DNA of 61,599 nt from an uncultured Gammaproteobacteria bacterium. GTDB lineage: Bacteria; Pseudomonadota; Gammaproteobacteria; Poriferisulfidales; GCA-002705445. Positions 23,427-31,909 of this stretch are shown here, piece after piece. The translations under genes and the position numbers were made by a program. Numbering within the stretch: the first letter of the stretch is position 1; each line of letters starts with the position of its first letter. Where the stretch lies: NCBI GenBank assembly GCA_913050095.1, contig CAJXAV010000004.1:1-61599 (forward strand), given 5' to 3'. Below the pieces are notes generated by a model that saw nothing but the letters and a program-made list of their open reading frames with translations, had not been told where the DNA came from and did no database searches.

Positions 23427-24824
23427 ATGAGTGAAAAGAATCAAGCAACTGGCGTAATAGGGTGGATTGATGAAAGACTTCCCATATTAAGCTTTATTAA
23501 AGACCATCTAACACATTACTATGCCCCCAAAAATTTTAATTTTTGGTATTTTTTCGGATCTCTTGCTTTTCTAATATTATTTTTACAAATCTTCACGGGC
23601 ATTTTTCTTGCTATGCATTATAAACCAGATGCTAAGCTCGCGTTCGACTCAGTTGAATTTATTATGCGTGATGTGAATCTTGGTTGGTTAATAAGATATA
23701 TGCATTCAACTGGGGCCTCAGCCTTTTTTGTCGTCGTCTACTTGCATATGTTTAGAGCTTTAATGTATGGATCATTTAAAAAACCTAGAGAGCTTATTTG
23801 GCTGTTTGGAGTTTTTATATATCTTGCACTGATGGCAGAAGCTTTTATGGGCTATCTTCTTCCTTGGGGGCAAATGTCTTATTGGGGAGCTCAAGTAATT
23901 ATAAATTTATTTACTACAATTCCATTTATAGGTCCAGAACTAGGCGTCTGGATAAGAGGAGACTTTGCTATATCAGATCCAACATTAACTAGATTTTTTG
24001 CCCTGCATATTGTAGCTGTGCCTATGGTTATTTTGCTTCTTGTGATTTTACATTTATCAGCATTGCACACTGTGGGTTCAAATAATCCTGATGGAGTTGA
24101 AATAAAGAAACATAAAGATGAAAATGGCATACCATTAGATGGTGTACCTTTTCATCCTTACTACACTGTAAAAGATTTTGTTGGTATTGGAGTTTTTCTT
24201 TTCTTATTCGCATTAACAGTTTTCTTCGTGCCAGAGATGGGTGGGTACTTTCTTGAGCATGCAAACTTCATTCCCGCAAACCCTTTAGTAACGCCTGAAC
24301 ATATTGCTCCCGTGTGGTACTTCACTCCGTTTTATTCAATTTTAAGAGCGATTCCAGATCCGGCTTATGGTGCCCTCGCAATGGCGTTATCAATCGTTGT
24401 TTTATTTTTCTTACCATGGATTGATAAGAACCCAATAAAATCGATAAGGTATAGAAGCTCTCTATTTAAAATTAATCTTTTTGTATTTGTGATAGGTTTC
24501 TTAATTTTGGGCTGGTTAGGAGTAAAAGCACCTACACCACTTTATAGTGCTTTAGCTTTAAGATTCAGTGAGATGTATTTTATATTTTTTGCTCTTTTAT
24601 ACTTTTATAGTACTTCTAGAAGTAATTTCTTCAGCTATTTATTTACAGGAATTTTATTATCTTTGATTACTATCTATGATATCACTAGAATAACTAGTGA
24701 AAATTATTTAACAGTCCTTATTGGTTTAGTCCTAGTTAGTATTTTTGTTATCTTTATGACAATTACTCCTCTTTACACTAGATTAAATACAGAAAAACAA
24801 GTTCCAGATAGGGTTACAGGATGA
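23427..24824 (+). CDS. petB: Cytochrome b of the bc1 complex
   Basis: 465 aa with typical cytochrome b N- and C-domains (RYMHSTGASAFF, PWGQMSYWGAQVI, PEWYF-like PVWYFTPFY). Carries an extra hydrophobic C-terminal stretch. Confidence 0.9.
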   Translation: MSEKNQATGVIGWIDERLPILSFIKDHLTHYYAPKNFNFWYFFGSLAFLILFLQIFTGIFLAMHYKPDAKLAFDSVEFIMRDVNLGWLIRYMHSTGASAFFVVVYLHMFRALMYGSFKKPRELIWLFGVFIYLALMAEAFMGYLLPWGQMSYWGAQVIINLFTTIPFIGPELGVWIRGDFAISDPTLTRFFALHIVAVPMVILLLVILHLSALHTVGSNNPDGVEIKKHKDENGIPLDGVPFHPYYTVKDFVGIGVFLFLFALTVFFVPEMGGYFLEHANFIPANPLVTPEHIAPVWYFTPFYSILRAIPDPAYGALAMALSIVVLFFLPWIDKNPIKSIRYRSSLFKINLFVFVIGFLILGWLGVKAPTPLYSALALRFSEMYFIFFALLYFYSTSRSNFFSYLFTGILLSLITIYDITRITSENYLTVLIGLVLVSIFVIFMTITPLYTRLNTEKQVPDRVTG

Positions 24825-25552
24825 TTAAAAATATAATAATTTCGTTATTGATAATTTTAACATTGAGTAATGTTTCCTATTCCGCGGCAAAAAAAGGTGG
24901 CATAGTTGATAATTATAAAGCTATTAACAATATAAATAATAAAGCTTCACTTCAGCGTGGCGCAAAATATTTTATGAACTATTGCAGCGGATGTCATTCT
25001 TTAAAGTATATGAGAATGAGTACATTAGCGGAAGATTTAGATATTGAGGAAACTGTTTTCGCAAAAAACTTAATTTTTGCAGACAAAAAAATTGGTGAAA
25101 CAATGACTATTGCCATGAAAGAATCAGATGCTTTAATTTGGTTTAATGCAGCACCACCTGACTTAAGCTTAACAGCAAGATCAAAAGGGGCTGATTATAT
25201 ATACGCAAAATTGAATACTTATTATGAGGATGATAACACAGCTACAGGTTTTAATAATTTGGCATTACCAAATACGTCTATGCCAAATATTTTAGCTGGT
25301 CTACAAGGGGGTCAAAAAGTAATTTTAGACTCTAATAACACTCCTATTGCTTTAGAAGTAAAATCAAAAGGCACATATGACGAAAATGAATTTAAACAAA
25401 TGACCAATGATATAACTAATTTTCTAGTATACGTATCTGAACCGGCCAAATTAAAAAGATATTCAATCGGCTTCTGGGTATTATTATTTATATTTATTTT
25501 CACCATTATAGCGTACTATACAAAAAAAGAATTTTGGAAAGACATACATTAA
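24821..25552 (+). CDS. petC: Cytochrome c1
   Basis: 243 aa with a signal peptide, CSGCHS heme motif, PPDLS, and a C-terminal TM anchor. ATGA overlap with petB. Confidence 0.85.
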   Translation: MIKNIIISLLIILTLSNVSYSAAKKGGIVDNYKAINNINNKASLQRGAKYFMNYCSGCHSLKYMRMSTLAEDLDIEETVFAKNLIFADKKIGETMTIAMKESDALIWFNAAPPDLSLTARSKGADYIYAKLNTYYEDDNTATGFNNLALPNTSMPNILAGLQGGQKVILDSNNTPIALEVKSKGTYDENEFKQMTNDITNFLVYVSEPAKLKRYSIGFWVLLFIFIFTIIAYYTKKEFWKDIH

Positions 25553-25569
25553 CCTTTAGGTAATTCAAT

Positions 25570-26178
25570 ATGCATACTATGACACTATATTCAGATCCTA
25601 ATTGTGCTCAATCACATAGAGTTAGAATAGTTTTAGGTGAAAAGGATCTTGTGTTTAATGTAGTCAACGTCCCATCTGGAGAAAATAACGAGGATTTAAT
25701 AGCGCTTAATCCAAATAATTCAACTCCAACATTCGTCGATAGAAATTTAGTTTTGTATGAGTCAAGAGTAATTATGGAGTATTTAGATGAAAGGTTTCCT
25801 CATCCTCCTTTAATGCCGGTTGATCCTGTTATTAGAGCAAAAACAAGAATGGTTCTTCATTACATTGAAAAGGATTTATATGGTTTACTAGAAGACTTAA
25901 AATCTAGTGGAGAAAAAAAATCAAATGCTGCAAGAGAAAAATTAAAAGAAAATTTGATGCTGTCATTAGATTTTATTCAAGGAAAAAAATTCTTCTTAAG
26001 TGATGATTTTTCTATAATTGATTGTAGTATGGCGCCTATTCTTTGGAGATTATCGGAATATAAAATCACATTACCAAAAAGTGCGAATCCATTATTAAAA
26101 TATGCAGATAGATTATTTGAAAGACATTCGTTCATTGAAAATTTATCTGAAGAAGAAGAGGAATTAGGCAATATATAG
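25570..26178 (+). CDS. sspA: Stringent starvation protein A (GST-like)
   Basis: 202 aa, GST fold. Position immediately after petABC is conserved in beta- and gammaproteobacteria. No sspB follows. Confidence 0.8.
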   Translation: MHTMTLYSDPNCAQSHRVRIVLGEKDLVFNVVNVPSGENNEDLIALNPNNSTPTFVDRNLVLYESRVIMEYLDERFPHPPLMPVDPVIRAKTRMVLHYIEKDLYGLLEDLKSSGEKKSNAAREKLKENLMLSLDFIQGKKFFLSDDFSIIDCSMAPILWRLSEYKITLPKSANPLLKYADRLFERHSFIENLSEEEEELGNI

Positions 26179-27552
26179 TTATATAGTCTTATTAGGATTT
26201 AGGATATTTTTAGGGTCAAATTGTTTCTTTATATTTTTCATAAGATTTAAGGTTTCGTTTTGAATTTCTTTCTCTATATATTTTTTCTTAATAATTCCAA
26301 TACCGTGTTCTCCAGATATAGTTCCGTCAAGTTTTATTGTGAGATCAAAGATCTCTTCTAAACATTTTTTTGAATTGGTCGAATTCTTCTCATTTTCGCT
26401 ATCAAATAATAGATTTACATGAATATTGCCGTTTCCAGCATGACCGAAATTCACAATTTTTATATTATATTTTTTTGATATTATTTTTAAGTCATTAAGA
26501 AGATTAGTTAAATTTGAAATTGGAACAGCAATATCTTCATTAATTTTGTAACCACCTATCTCTCTTAATGCAGGAGAAAGTGATTTTCTAGCAGACCATA
26601 GACTTTCTATCTCATCTTTATTATTAGCAATAGTTAGATTTTTATAATTATTTTTCTTAATTGTATTTATAATTTTTTTGCTAATAATTTCAATATATTC
26701 TTCTTCACCATCTAATTCTAAAAGTATTGCTGACTTTGATTCTTTATTATAATGATCTTTTTTCATATTATTTATAAGTTTTATTGATTCCTCATCAATA
26801 AATTCTAATTTGTATGGTGTTATGGGTTGTGTCATCAGGCTAATAATCATATTGGTTGCATCACTAATGGATTCAAAGGTAATTTCTATAGTTTTTATAG
26901 AGTTATTCTTTGGAAGAATTTTTAAGGTTGCTTCCGTAAGAATACCTAATATTCCCTCTGAGCCAGTAAATATTCTTGTTAAATCTAAGCCGACAACGCC
27001 TTTTGATGTTTTAACGCCAGTTTTATGAATTTCTCCTGTACCAGAAATAAATTCTAATCCTAAGATATTATCTCTTGGCGTCCCATATTTAATAGCTCTA
27101 GGGCCAGCAGAATTATTAGCTATGTTCCCTCCAATAGTTGAATATTCTTGACTTGATGGGTCAGGCCCCCAAAAGAAATTATATTTTTCTAAGGTATTTT
27201 GTAGAGTTTTGTTAATTACACCAGGTTCTACGATTGCAAGTCTATTATCAAGATCAACTTTAATAATTTTTTGCATTTTTTCCATTGATAAAACAATAGA
27301 ATTTTCTATAGGAACAGACCCACCTGTATTACCAGTGCCTCTTCCTCTTGTAGTTATTGAAATATTTTTTTCATAACAATAGTCTACAATATCTTTTATT
27401 TGAAATTTATTCTGAACAAATAAAACACATTCTGGAAGAACATGCATTTTACTATTGTCATACCCATATGCCCAACAATCACCTGGTTCACTAAGAACAA
27501 AATCATTTGGTAATATTTTTTTAAAAAAATTTATGTGTTTTTTATCTAGCAT
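26179..27552 (-). CDS. FAD-linked oxidase (GlcD / D-2-hydroxyacid dehydrogenase family)
   Basis: FAD_binding_4-type N-domain (TTRGRGTGNTGGSVP) and FAD-oxidase C-domain (GHAGNGNIHVN, ISGEHGIG). The track start at 27558 is a TTG. The ATG at 27552 lies 2 nt after the lpoA stop. Confidence 0.8.
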   Translation of the reverse strand: MLDKKHINFFKKILPNDFVLSEPGDCWAYGYDNSKMHVLPECVLFVQNKFQIKDIVDYCYEKNISITTRGRGTGNTGGSVPIENSIVLSMEKMQKIIKVDLDNRLAIVEPGVINKTLQNTLEKYNFFWGPDPSSQEYSTIGGNIANNSAGPRAIKYGTPRDNILGLEFISGTGEIHKTGVKTSKGVVGLDLTRIFTGSEGILGILTEATLKILPKNNSIKTIEITFESISDATNMIISLMTQPITPYKLEFIDEESIKLINNMKKDHYNKESKSAILLELDGEEEYIEIISKKIINTIKKNNYKNLTIANNKDEIESLWSARKSLSPALREIGGYKINEDIAVPISNLTNLLNDLKIISKKYNIKIVNFGHAGNGNIHVNLLFDSENEKNSTNSKKCLEEIFDLTIKLDGTISGEHGIGIIKKKYIEKEIQNETLNLMKNIKKQFDPKNILNPNKTI

Positions 27553-27554
27553 AT

Positions 27555-28844
27555 TCAAAAACGTGTCTTTATGGCTTTACCATTTTTAAATTTAACAATT
27601 ATTAGGTTTCTCCTAATTTTATTAAATTCGTCTAGTTTTAAATATCCTGTGTCGCCAGGTAAGTATTTATCTTTATATAATTCGAGTTCATATATATTAT
27701 AAATTATTTTAATAGAATCCATGCCTAAAGCAATGAATCTTAAAAGGTCTTTTTTTTCATTGTTTTCAAAAAAATATTCTTTATCAACAATATTTTTTTT
27801 ATTATATAACCAAGGTATATCGCAAAATTTAATATCATTCAGGTCACTATTTTTTTCTTTGTTAATTATTCCGTTGTAAATATGAGATGTTGAATAAAAA
27901 GGTATATTTTCAGCAAAATTAAAATCAAATTGCGGTTTTATTATTCGCATTTTTTTAGATGTGCCAACGGCAAAAATTGTATTTAAATCATTTGCAATAT
28001 ATGGTTTAAATTGTAATTTTACATTTAGAATATTTTGTATTTTATTTTTTCTTTTTATACTATCTTCAATATTTAGTAAGTTTTTAATTGAGTTATTAAT
28101 AGATTTATTTTCCTCATTATAAACAACGTTATCTATAATTTTCCCCCCTAGCTCTTCAAACCTTAATGAAAAAGACTGCGCTATTCTCTCTCCCCAGTTA
28201 TTATTTGGATAAAGAATAGATGCATTATTATTTCCATCAATGATAGATTTTTCAGCTATGCAAATTGCCTCATCTTCTGGAAGAAGTCCAAATTGATACA
28301 CATTTTTTGAATATTTATTTAATTTATTTGAATAATTTAAGGTTAATATTGGAATAGTCCCTTTATCATAGCTAATTATTTTATTTATTAATGGTTTTTT
28401 AAGAGGGCCTATAACAAAATCAAAATTTTGCCCAGTTATTTCAGAATAAATATTTTTTATATTTACATCTTCATCGCCTGTGTCATAAATAGAAATTTCT
28501 GGTTTTTCGTATTCTGATATTGAATCTAGCTGAATATTAATACCATCTAGTATGGATTTTCCAATCTTTGAATATTTTCCTGTCATAGGTAGCAAAATAG
28601 CAATTTTTTTTATTGGGGTAAGATTTGTTAATAAAATAGGCTCTTTCTCAATGAGAAGCTCGTTTATATTAAATTTATCCCTGTCTTCTTGATTTTTATT
28701 TGAATTTGTACTTTCTTTTTGTAATTCGTCATCTGCTATAATTTCCATAATGTTTGTATTGCAACCATAAAGCAATATACTAATAATTATTATTAAGAAT
28801 AATTTAAAGTAAGTATTTATATTTAAAGGTCTAAAATTTTGCAT
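27555..28844 (-). CDS. lpoA: LpoA/LppC-family lipoprotein (PBP1A activator), short form
   Basis: Lipobox LLYGC. The remainder resembles the periplasmic-binding-protein-like C-domain of LpoA (IAILLPMTGKYSKIGKSILDG, DTGDE, VIGPLKK, LTLNYS, FGLLPEDEA). Divergent from rsmI as in E. coli and Pseudomonas. Confidence 0.7.
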   Translation of the reverse strand: MQNFRPLNINTYFKLFLIIIISILLYGCNTNIMEIIADDELQKESTNSNKNQEDRDKFNINELLIEKEPILLTNLTPIKKIAILLPMTGKYSKIGKSILDGINIQLDSISEYEKPEISIYDTGDEDVNIKNIYSEITGQNFDFVIGPLKKPLINKIISYDKGTIPILTLNYSNKLNKYSKNVYQFGLLPEDEAICIAEKSIIDGNNNASILYPNNNWGERIAQSFSLRFEELGGKIIDNVVYNEENKSINNSIKNLLNIEDSIKRKNKIQNILNVKLQFKPYIANDLNTIFAVGTSKKMRIIKPQFDFNFAENIPFYSTSHIYNGIINKEKNSDLNDIKFCDIPWLYNKKNIVDKEYFFENNEKKDLLRFIALGMDSIKIIYNIYELELYKDKYLPGDTGYLKLDEFNKIRRNLIIVKFKNGKAIKTRF

Positions 28845-29708
28845 AATAGTAATAAAAACATCGAATTTGGTACATTATATGTTGTTGCGACTCCAATTGG
28901 TAATATAAATGATATCTCATTTAGAGCTGTTGAAATATTGTCGAAGGTTACTTTAATTGCAACGGAAGATACTCGCCATAGTAAAAAGTTATTGAATGCA
29001 TATGGTATAAAAACAAGACAAGTGAGCTATCATAAGTTTAATGAGCTAGAAAGGTGTGATTATTTAATAAAATTACTTAAAAAAGGTGACGATATAGCCA
29101 TTATCTCTGATGCTGGTACTCCTTGTATATCAGACCCAGGTGATGTGATAATTTCACAAGCCCATAAGGAAAATATTTGTATTACGCCAATACCAGGAGC
29201 TTCATCCGTGATATCCGCAATTTGCGCTAGTGGTTATGCGGCAAATGGCTTTAAATTTATTGGGTTTTTGCCAAAAAAAATATCTCAAAAGAAAGAAATT
29301 CTAAAAAATAGTACAAAAAATGATTGCGCATTAATTTTTTTCGAATCTCCAAATAGAGTAATTAGTACGCTGACTGAATTAAGAAATATATATAATAATA
29401 ATAAAGAATTATGTATAGCAAAAGAAATATCAAAAATTTATGAAGATATAAAAATAAAAAAAATTGATGATTGGCTAAATTATTTTGAAAAAGATAATAA
29501 AGAAAAGCTTAAAGGAGAGTTTGTATTTATTATTCCGGCTTCAGAAAATAATAATGAAGATTATTCAGAAAATGAAATTGAAGAATTTATTAAATTTTTA
29601 ATAGATTATAAGATTTCATATAGTACAGCTTTAAAAATAGTGTGTAAGCGTTTTAAGATCAACAAAAACGATATTTATAAGAAATATATCCACCTTGCAA
29701 ATAAATAG
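28839..29708 (+). CDS. rsmI: 16S rRNA (cytidine1402-2'-O)-methyltransferase
   Basis: 289 aa with LYVVATPIGNINDIS.RA, EDTRHSKKLL, SDAGTPCISDPG. The only in-frame start is the TTG at 28839. Confidence 0.9.
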   Translation: MHNSNKNIEFGTLYVVATPIGNINDISFRAVEILSKVTLIATEDTRHSKKLLNAYGIKTRQVSYHKFNELERCDYLIKLLKKGDDIAIISDAGTPCISDPGDVIISQAHKENICITPIPGASSVISAICASGYAANGFKFIGFLPKKISQKKEILKNSTKNDCALIFFESPNRVISTLTELRNIYNNNKELCIAKEISKIYEDIKIKKIDDWLNYFEKDNKEKLKGEFVFIIPASENNNEDYSENEIEEFIKFLIDYKISYSTALKIVCKRFKINKNDIYKKYIHLANK

Positions 29709-29730
29709 AATTTAATATTTAATTGAATTT

Positions 29731-30060
29731 GAGTCGACTGTGTAATCGCTTTGTTTTTACAAAGAGGAAAGTCTGGGCTCCAAAGAGTAGAGCGCCAGGT
29801 AACACCTGGGAAGTGTGAACTTACGGAAAGTGCAACAGAAAAGATACCGCAATTTAATTGTAAGGGTGAAATGGTAAGGTAAGAGCTTACCGCAATAATA
29901 GTAATATTATTGGCATGGCAAACCCCGCTCGGAGCAAGGCCAAATAGAAAAGCAATAGTGCTACTCGTACTGCTTTTGGGTAGGTTGCTAGATGTGTTTG
30001 GTGACAAACATACAAGATTAATGATTACATTCAACAGAACCCAGCTTATAGGTCGACTCG
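29731..30060 (+). ncRNA. rnpB: RNase P RNA, bacterial type A
   Basis: Terminal P1 pairing GAGTCGAC...GTCGACTC. P4 halves GAGGAAAGTCTGGGCTCC and ACAGAACCCAGCTTAT. Also carries GCCAGGTAACACCTGGG, AGTGCAACAGAAA, GGTAAGAGC, CGGAGCAAGGCCAAATAG. Sits between rsmI and mraZ as in Pseudomonas. Confidence 0.9.
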
Positions 30061-30182
30061 TCAATTTTTCGCAAAAATTAATACTTAAAGTTGTTTATTA
30101 AGTACAACATATATATTGTTGATTTAATCAGCACTTTTGCCTCAAATTTATTTCGTAAGTCATTGACAAATATAGAAAAATC

Positions 30183-30210
30183 TTGACAATATATTTTTTT
30201 GTAGCATTAT
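30183..30210 (+). promoter_or_regulatory. Putative Pmra sigma-70 promoter of the dcw cluster
   Basis: Perfect -35 TTGACA (30183-30188), a 16-nt spacer, then CATTAT (30205-30210). A second TTGACA lies at 30163-30168. Confidence 0.45.
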
Positions 30211-30235
30211 GTGGCTAAAAGTGGGTAATTGTGGG
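30211..30235 (+). promoter_or_regulatory. MraZ operator: three direct GTGG(G/C) repeats at 10-bp phasing
   Basis: GTGGCtaaaaGTGGGtaattGTGGG lies immediately downstream of the -10 and 13 nt upstream of the mraZ ATG. This matches the TGGGN-N5 triple-repeat architecture described for E. coli MraZ binding. Confidence 0.6.
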
Positions 30236-30247
30236 GATTAAAGAATA

Positions 30248-30700
30248 ATGTTTAAAGGTATAAGCAATTTAAATATAGATGCGAAAGGTAGAGCCTCAAT
30301 GCCAAACAGGTATAGGAAGCAATTTTGTTCTAAAAATAAATGTAATTTAGTTATTACAGCAGATAAAGATAAATGTTTGTTAGTATATACTTTAGCTGCT
30401 TGGAAAATAATTGAAAAAAAATTATCGAACCTACCTTCTTATAACAAGGAAGCACGTTTCATACAAAGATTACTAATAGGTTATGCAACAGAATCAGAGA
30501 TTGACTCTCAGGGAAGATTTTTAATTCCTACTCCTTTAAGAGAATATGCTTCCATAGAAAAAAAAATAGTTTTGTTAGGGCAAGGAAGTAAATTTGAATT
30601 ATGGTCTGAAAGTATCTGGAATAAAAATATTAAAAACTGGCTAGATGTTAATAAAAATAGTGATTCAAACAATGAGGCATTGAGTGAACTTAAATTATAA
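30248..30700 (+). CDS. mraZ: Transcriptional regulator MraZ
   Basis: 150 aa with two SpoVT/AbrB-like halves (DAKGRASMP, DSQGRFLIP). Collinear with E. coli MraZ. Confidence 0.9.
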   Translation: MFKGISNLNIDAKGRASMPNRYRKQFCSKNKCNLVITADKDKCLLVYTLAAWKIIEKKLSNLPSYNKEARFIQRLLIGYATESEIDSQGRFLIPTPLREYASIEKKIVLLGQGSKFELWSESIWNKNIKNWLDVNKNSDSNNEALSELKL

Positions 30701-30710
30701 ATTAGAGATT

Positions 30711-31640
30711 ATGAATACATCACATCAACCGGTAATGTTAAACACAGCAATAAATAATTTAAATATTATATCTGATGGTACTTATATTGATTGTACTTTT
30801 GGAAGAGGTGGTCATTCAAAAAAAATATTGAATAAGATAGGATTAAATGGAAAATTAATTGCAATCGATAAGGATCAAGAAGCAGAATATTGTGCAAGAA
30901 AAAATTTTAAAAATGATAAAAGATTTATTTTTGAGAGAAGCAATTTTAGTAACATTTTAAATATTGTTGAAAAACATAATCAATCAAAAAAAGTTAATGG
31001 TATTTTATTAGATCTAGGAGTTTCATCACCACAATTAGATAATGCTGAAAGAGGGTTTAGTTTTATGAAAGAAGGTCCTTTAGATATGAGAATGGACACT
31101 TCATCAAACCTAACAGCATTAGCCTGGTTAAGAGAAGCTGATGTCAAGGAAATAAGTATAGTTTTAAAAAAATATGGTGAAGAAAAGTATTCTTATAAAA
31201 TTTCAAAATCCATTAAAAAAGCATTAGAAGAAAACTTGCTACATACTACGGTAGATTTATCAAAAGTCATAAATGAATGTTATCCAAAGAGAACAAGTTA
31301 TAAAAAAAATCCAGCAACAAAAAGTTTTCAAGCAATAAGAATTTTTATTAATAAAGAATTACAAGAATTAGAAAAAATTTTAGACGATTGTTTAAAAATT
31401 ATGGAGATTGGTGGGAGATTAGTTGTGATTAGCTTTCATTCCTTAGAAGATCGAATAGTTAAGAATTTTATTAATAATCATTCAACAAATAAAAATATAA
31501 TTAGTAAATTGCCTATAAAAAATATTAGTCAAAATTTAAATTTAAAAAAAGTTAAAACACCTTTAAATGCTACACAAGAAGAAATAAAAGAAAATATTAG
31601 AGCACGTAGTGCGAAAATTAGGGTAGCTGAAAGAATATGA
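30711..31640 (+). CDS. rsmH: 16S rRNA (cytosine1402-N4)-methyltransferase
   Basis: HQPVML, DCTFGRGGHS, DLGVSSPQLD, SFHSLEDR. The track start at 30684 is a GTG inside mraZ. The ATG at 30711 is preferred. Confidence 0.9.
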   Translation: MNTSHQPVMLNTAINNLNIISDGTYIDCTFGRGGHSKKILNKIGLNGKLIAIDKDQEAEYCARKNFKNDKRFIFERSNFSNILNIVEKHNQSKKVNGILLDLGVSSPQLDNAERGFSFMKEGPLDMRMDTSSNLTALAWLREADVKEISIVLKKYGEEKYSYKISKSIKKALEENLLHTTVDLSKVINECYPKRTSYKKNPATKSFQAIRIFINKELQELEKILDDCLKIMEIGGRLVVISFHSLEDRIVKNFINNHSTNKNIISKLPIKNISQNLNLKKVKTPLNATQEEIKENIRARSAKIRVAERI

Positions 31641-31909
31641 GTAATCTGAAAATTTATACAATATGTGTGCTAATAATTCTAAATATAATTTTGTCTTTTA
31701 GCATTATTTGGTTAGAGCATTTAACAAGATCACAATTCAGAAGTCTTCAATCTTTATCAAATCAAAAATATGAGTTAAAAAATGAATGGAAAAAGACAAG
31801 AATCATAGAAAGTAGATATACATCACACAGTGGAATTGAGGCAAGAGCAGTAAAATATTTAAATATGTCAATACCAAAAAAAAGGGTGCTAATTAATATC
31901 AATGATTAA
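31637..31909 (+). CDS. ftsL: Cell division protein FtsL
   Basis: 90 aa with a single TM then a coiled coil. The IEARAVKYLNMSIP tail matches the FtsL family. Position is conserved. Confidence 0.8.
   Translation: MSNLKIYTICVLIILNIILSFSIIWLEHLTRSQFRSLQSLSNQKYELKNEWKKTRIIESRYTSHSGIEARAVKYLNMSIPKKRVLININD

Noticed and set aside
29675-30064. 129-aa minus-strand ORF in the ORF track.
   Set aside because: It lies exactly antisense to the RNase P RNA gene, whose conserved helices explain the region. It is a spurious ORF.
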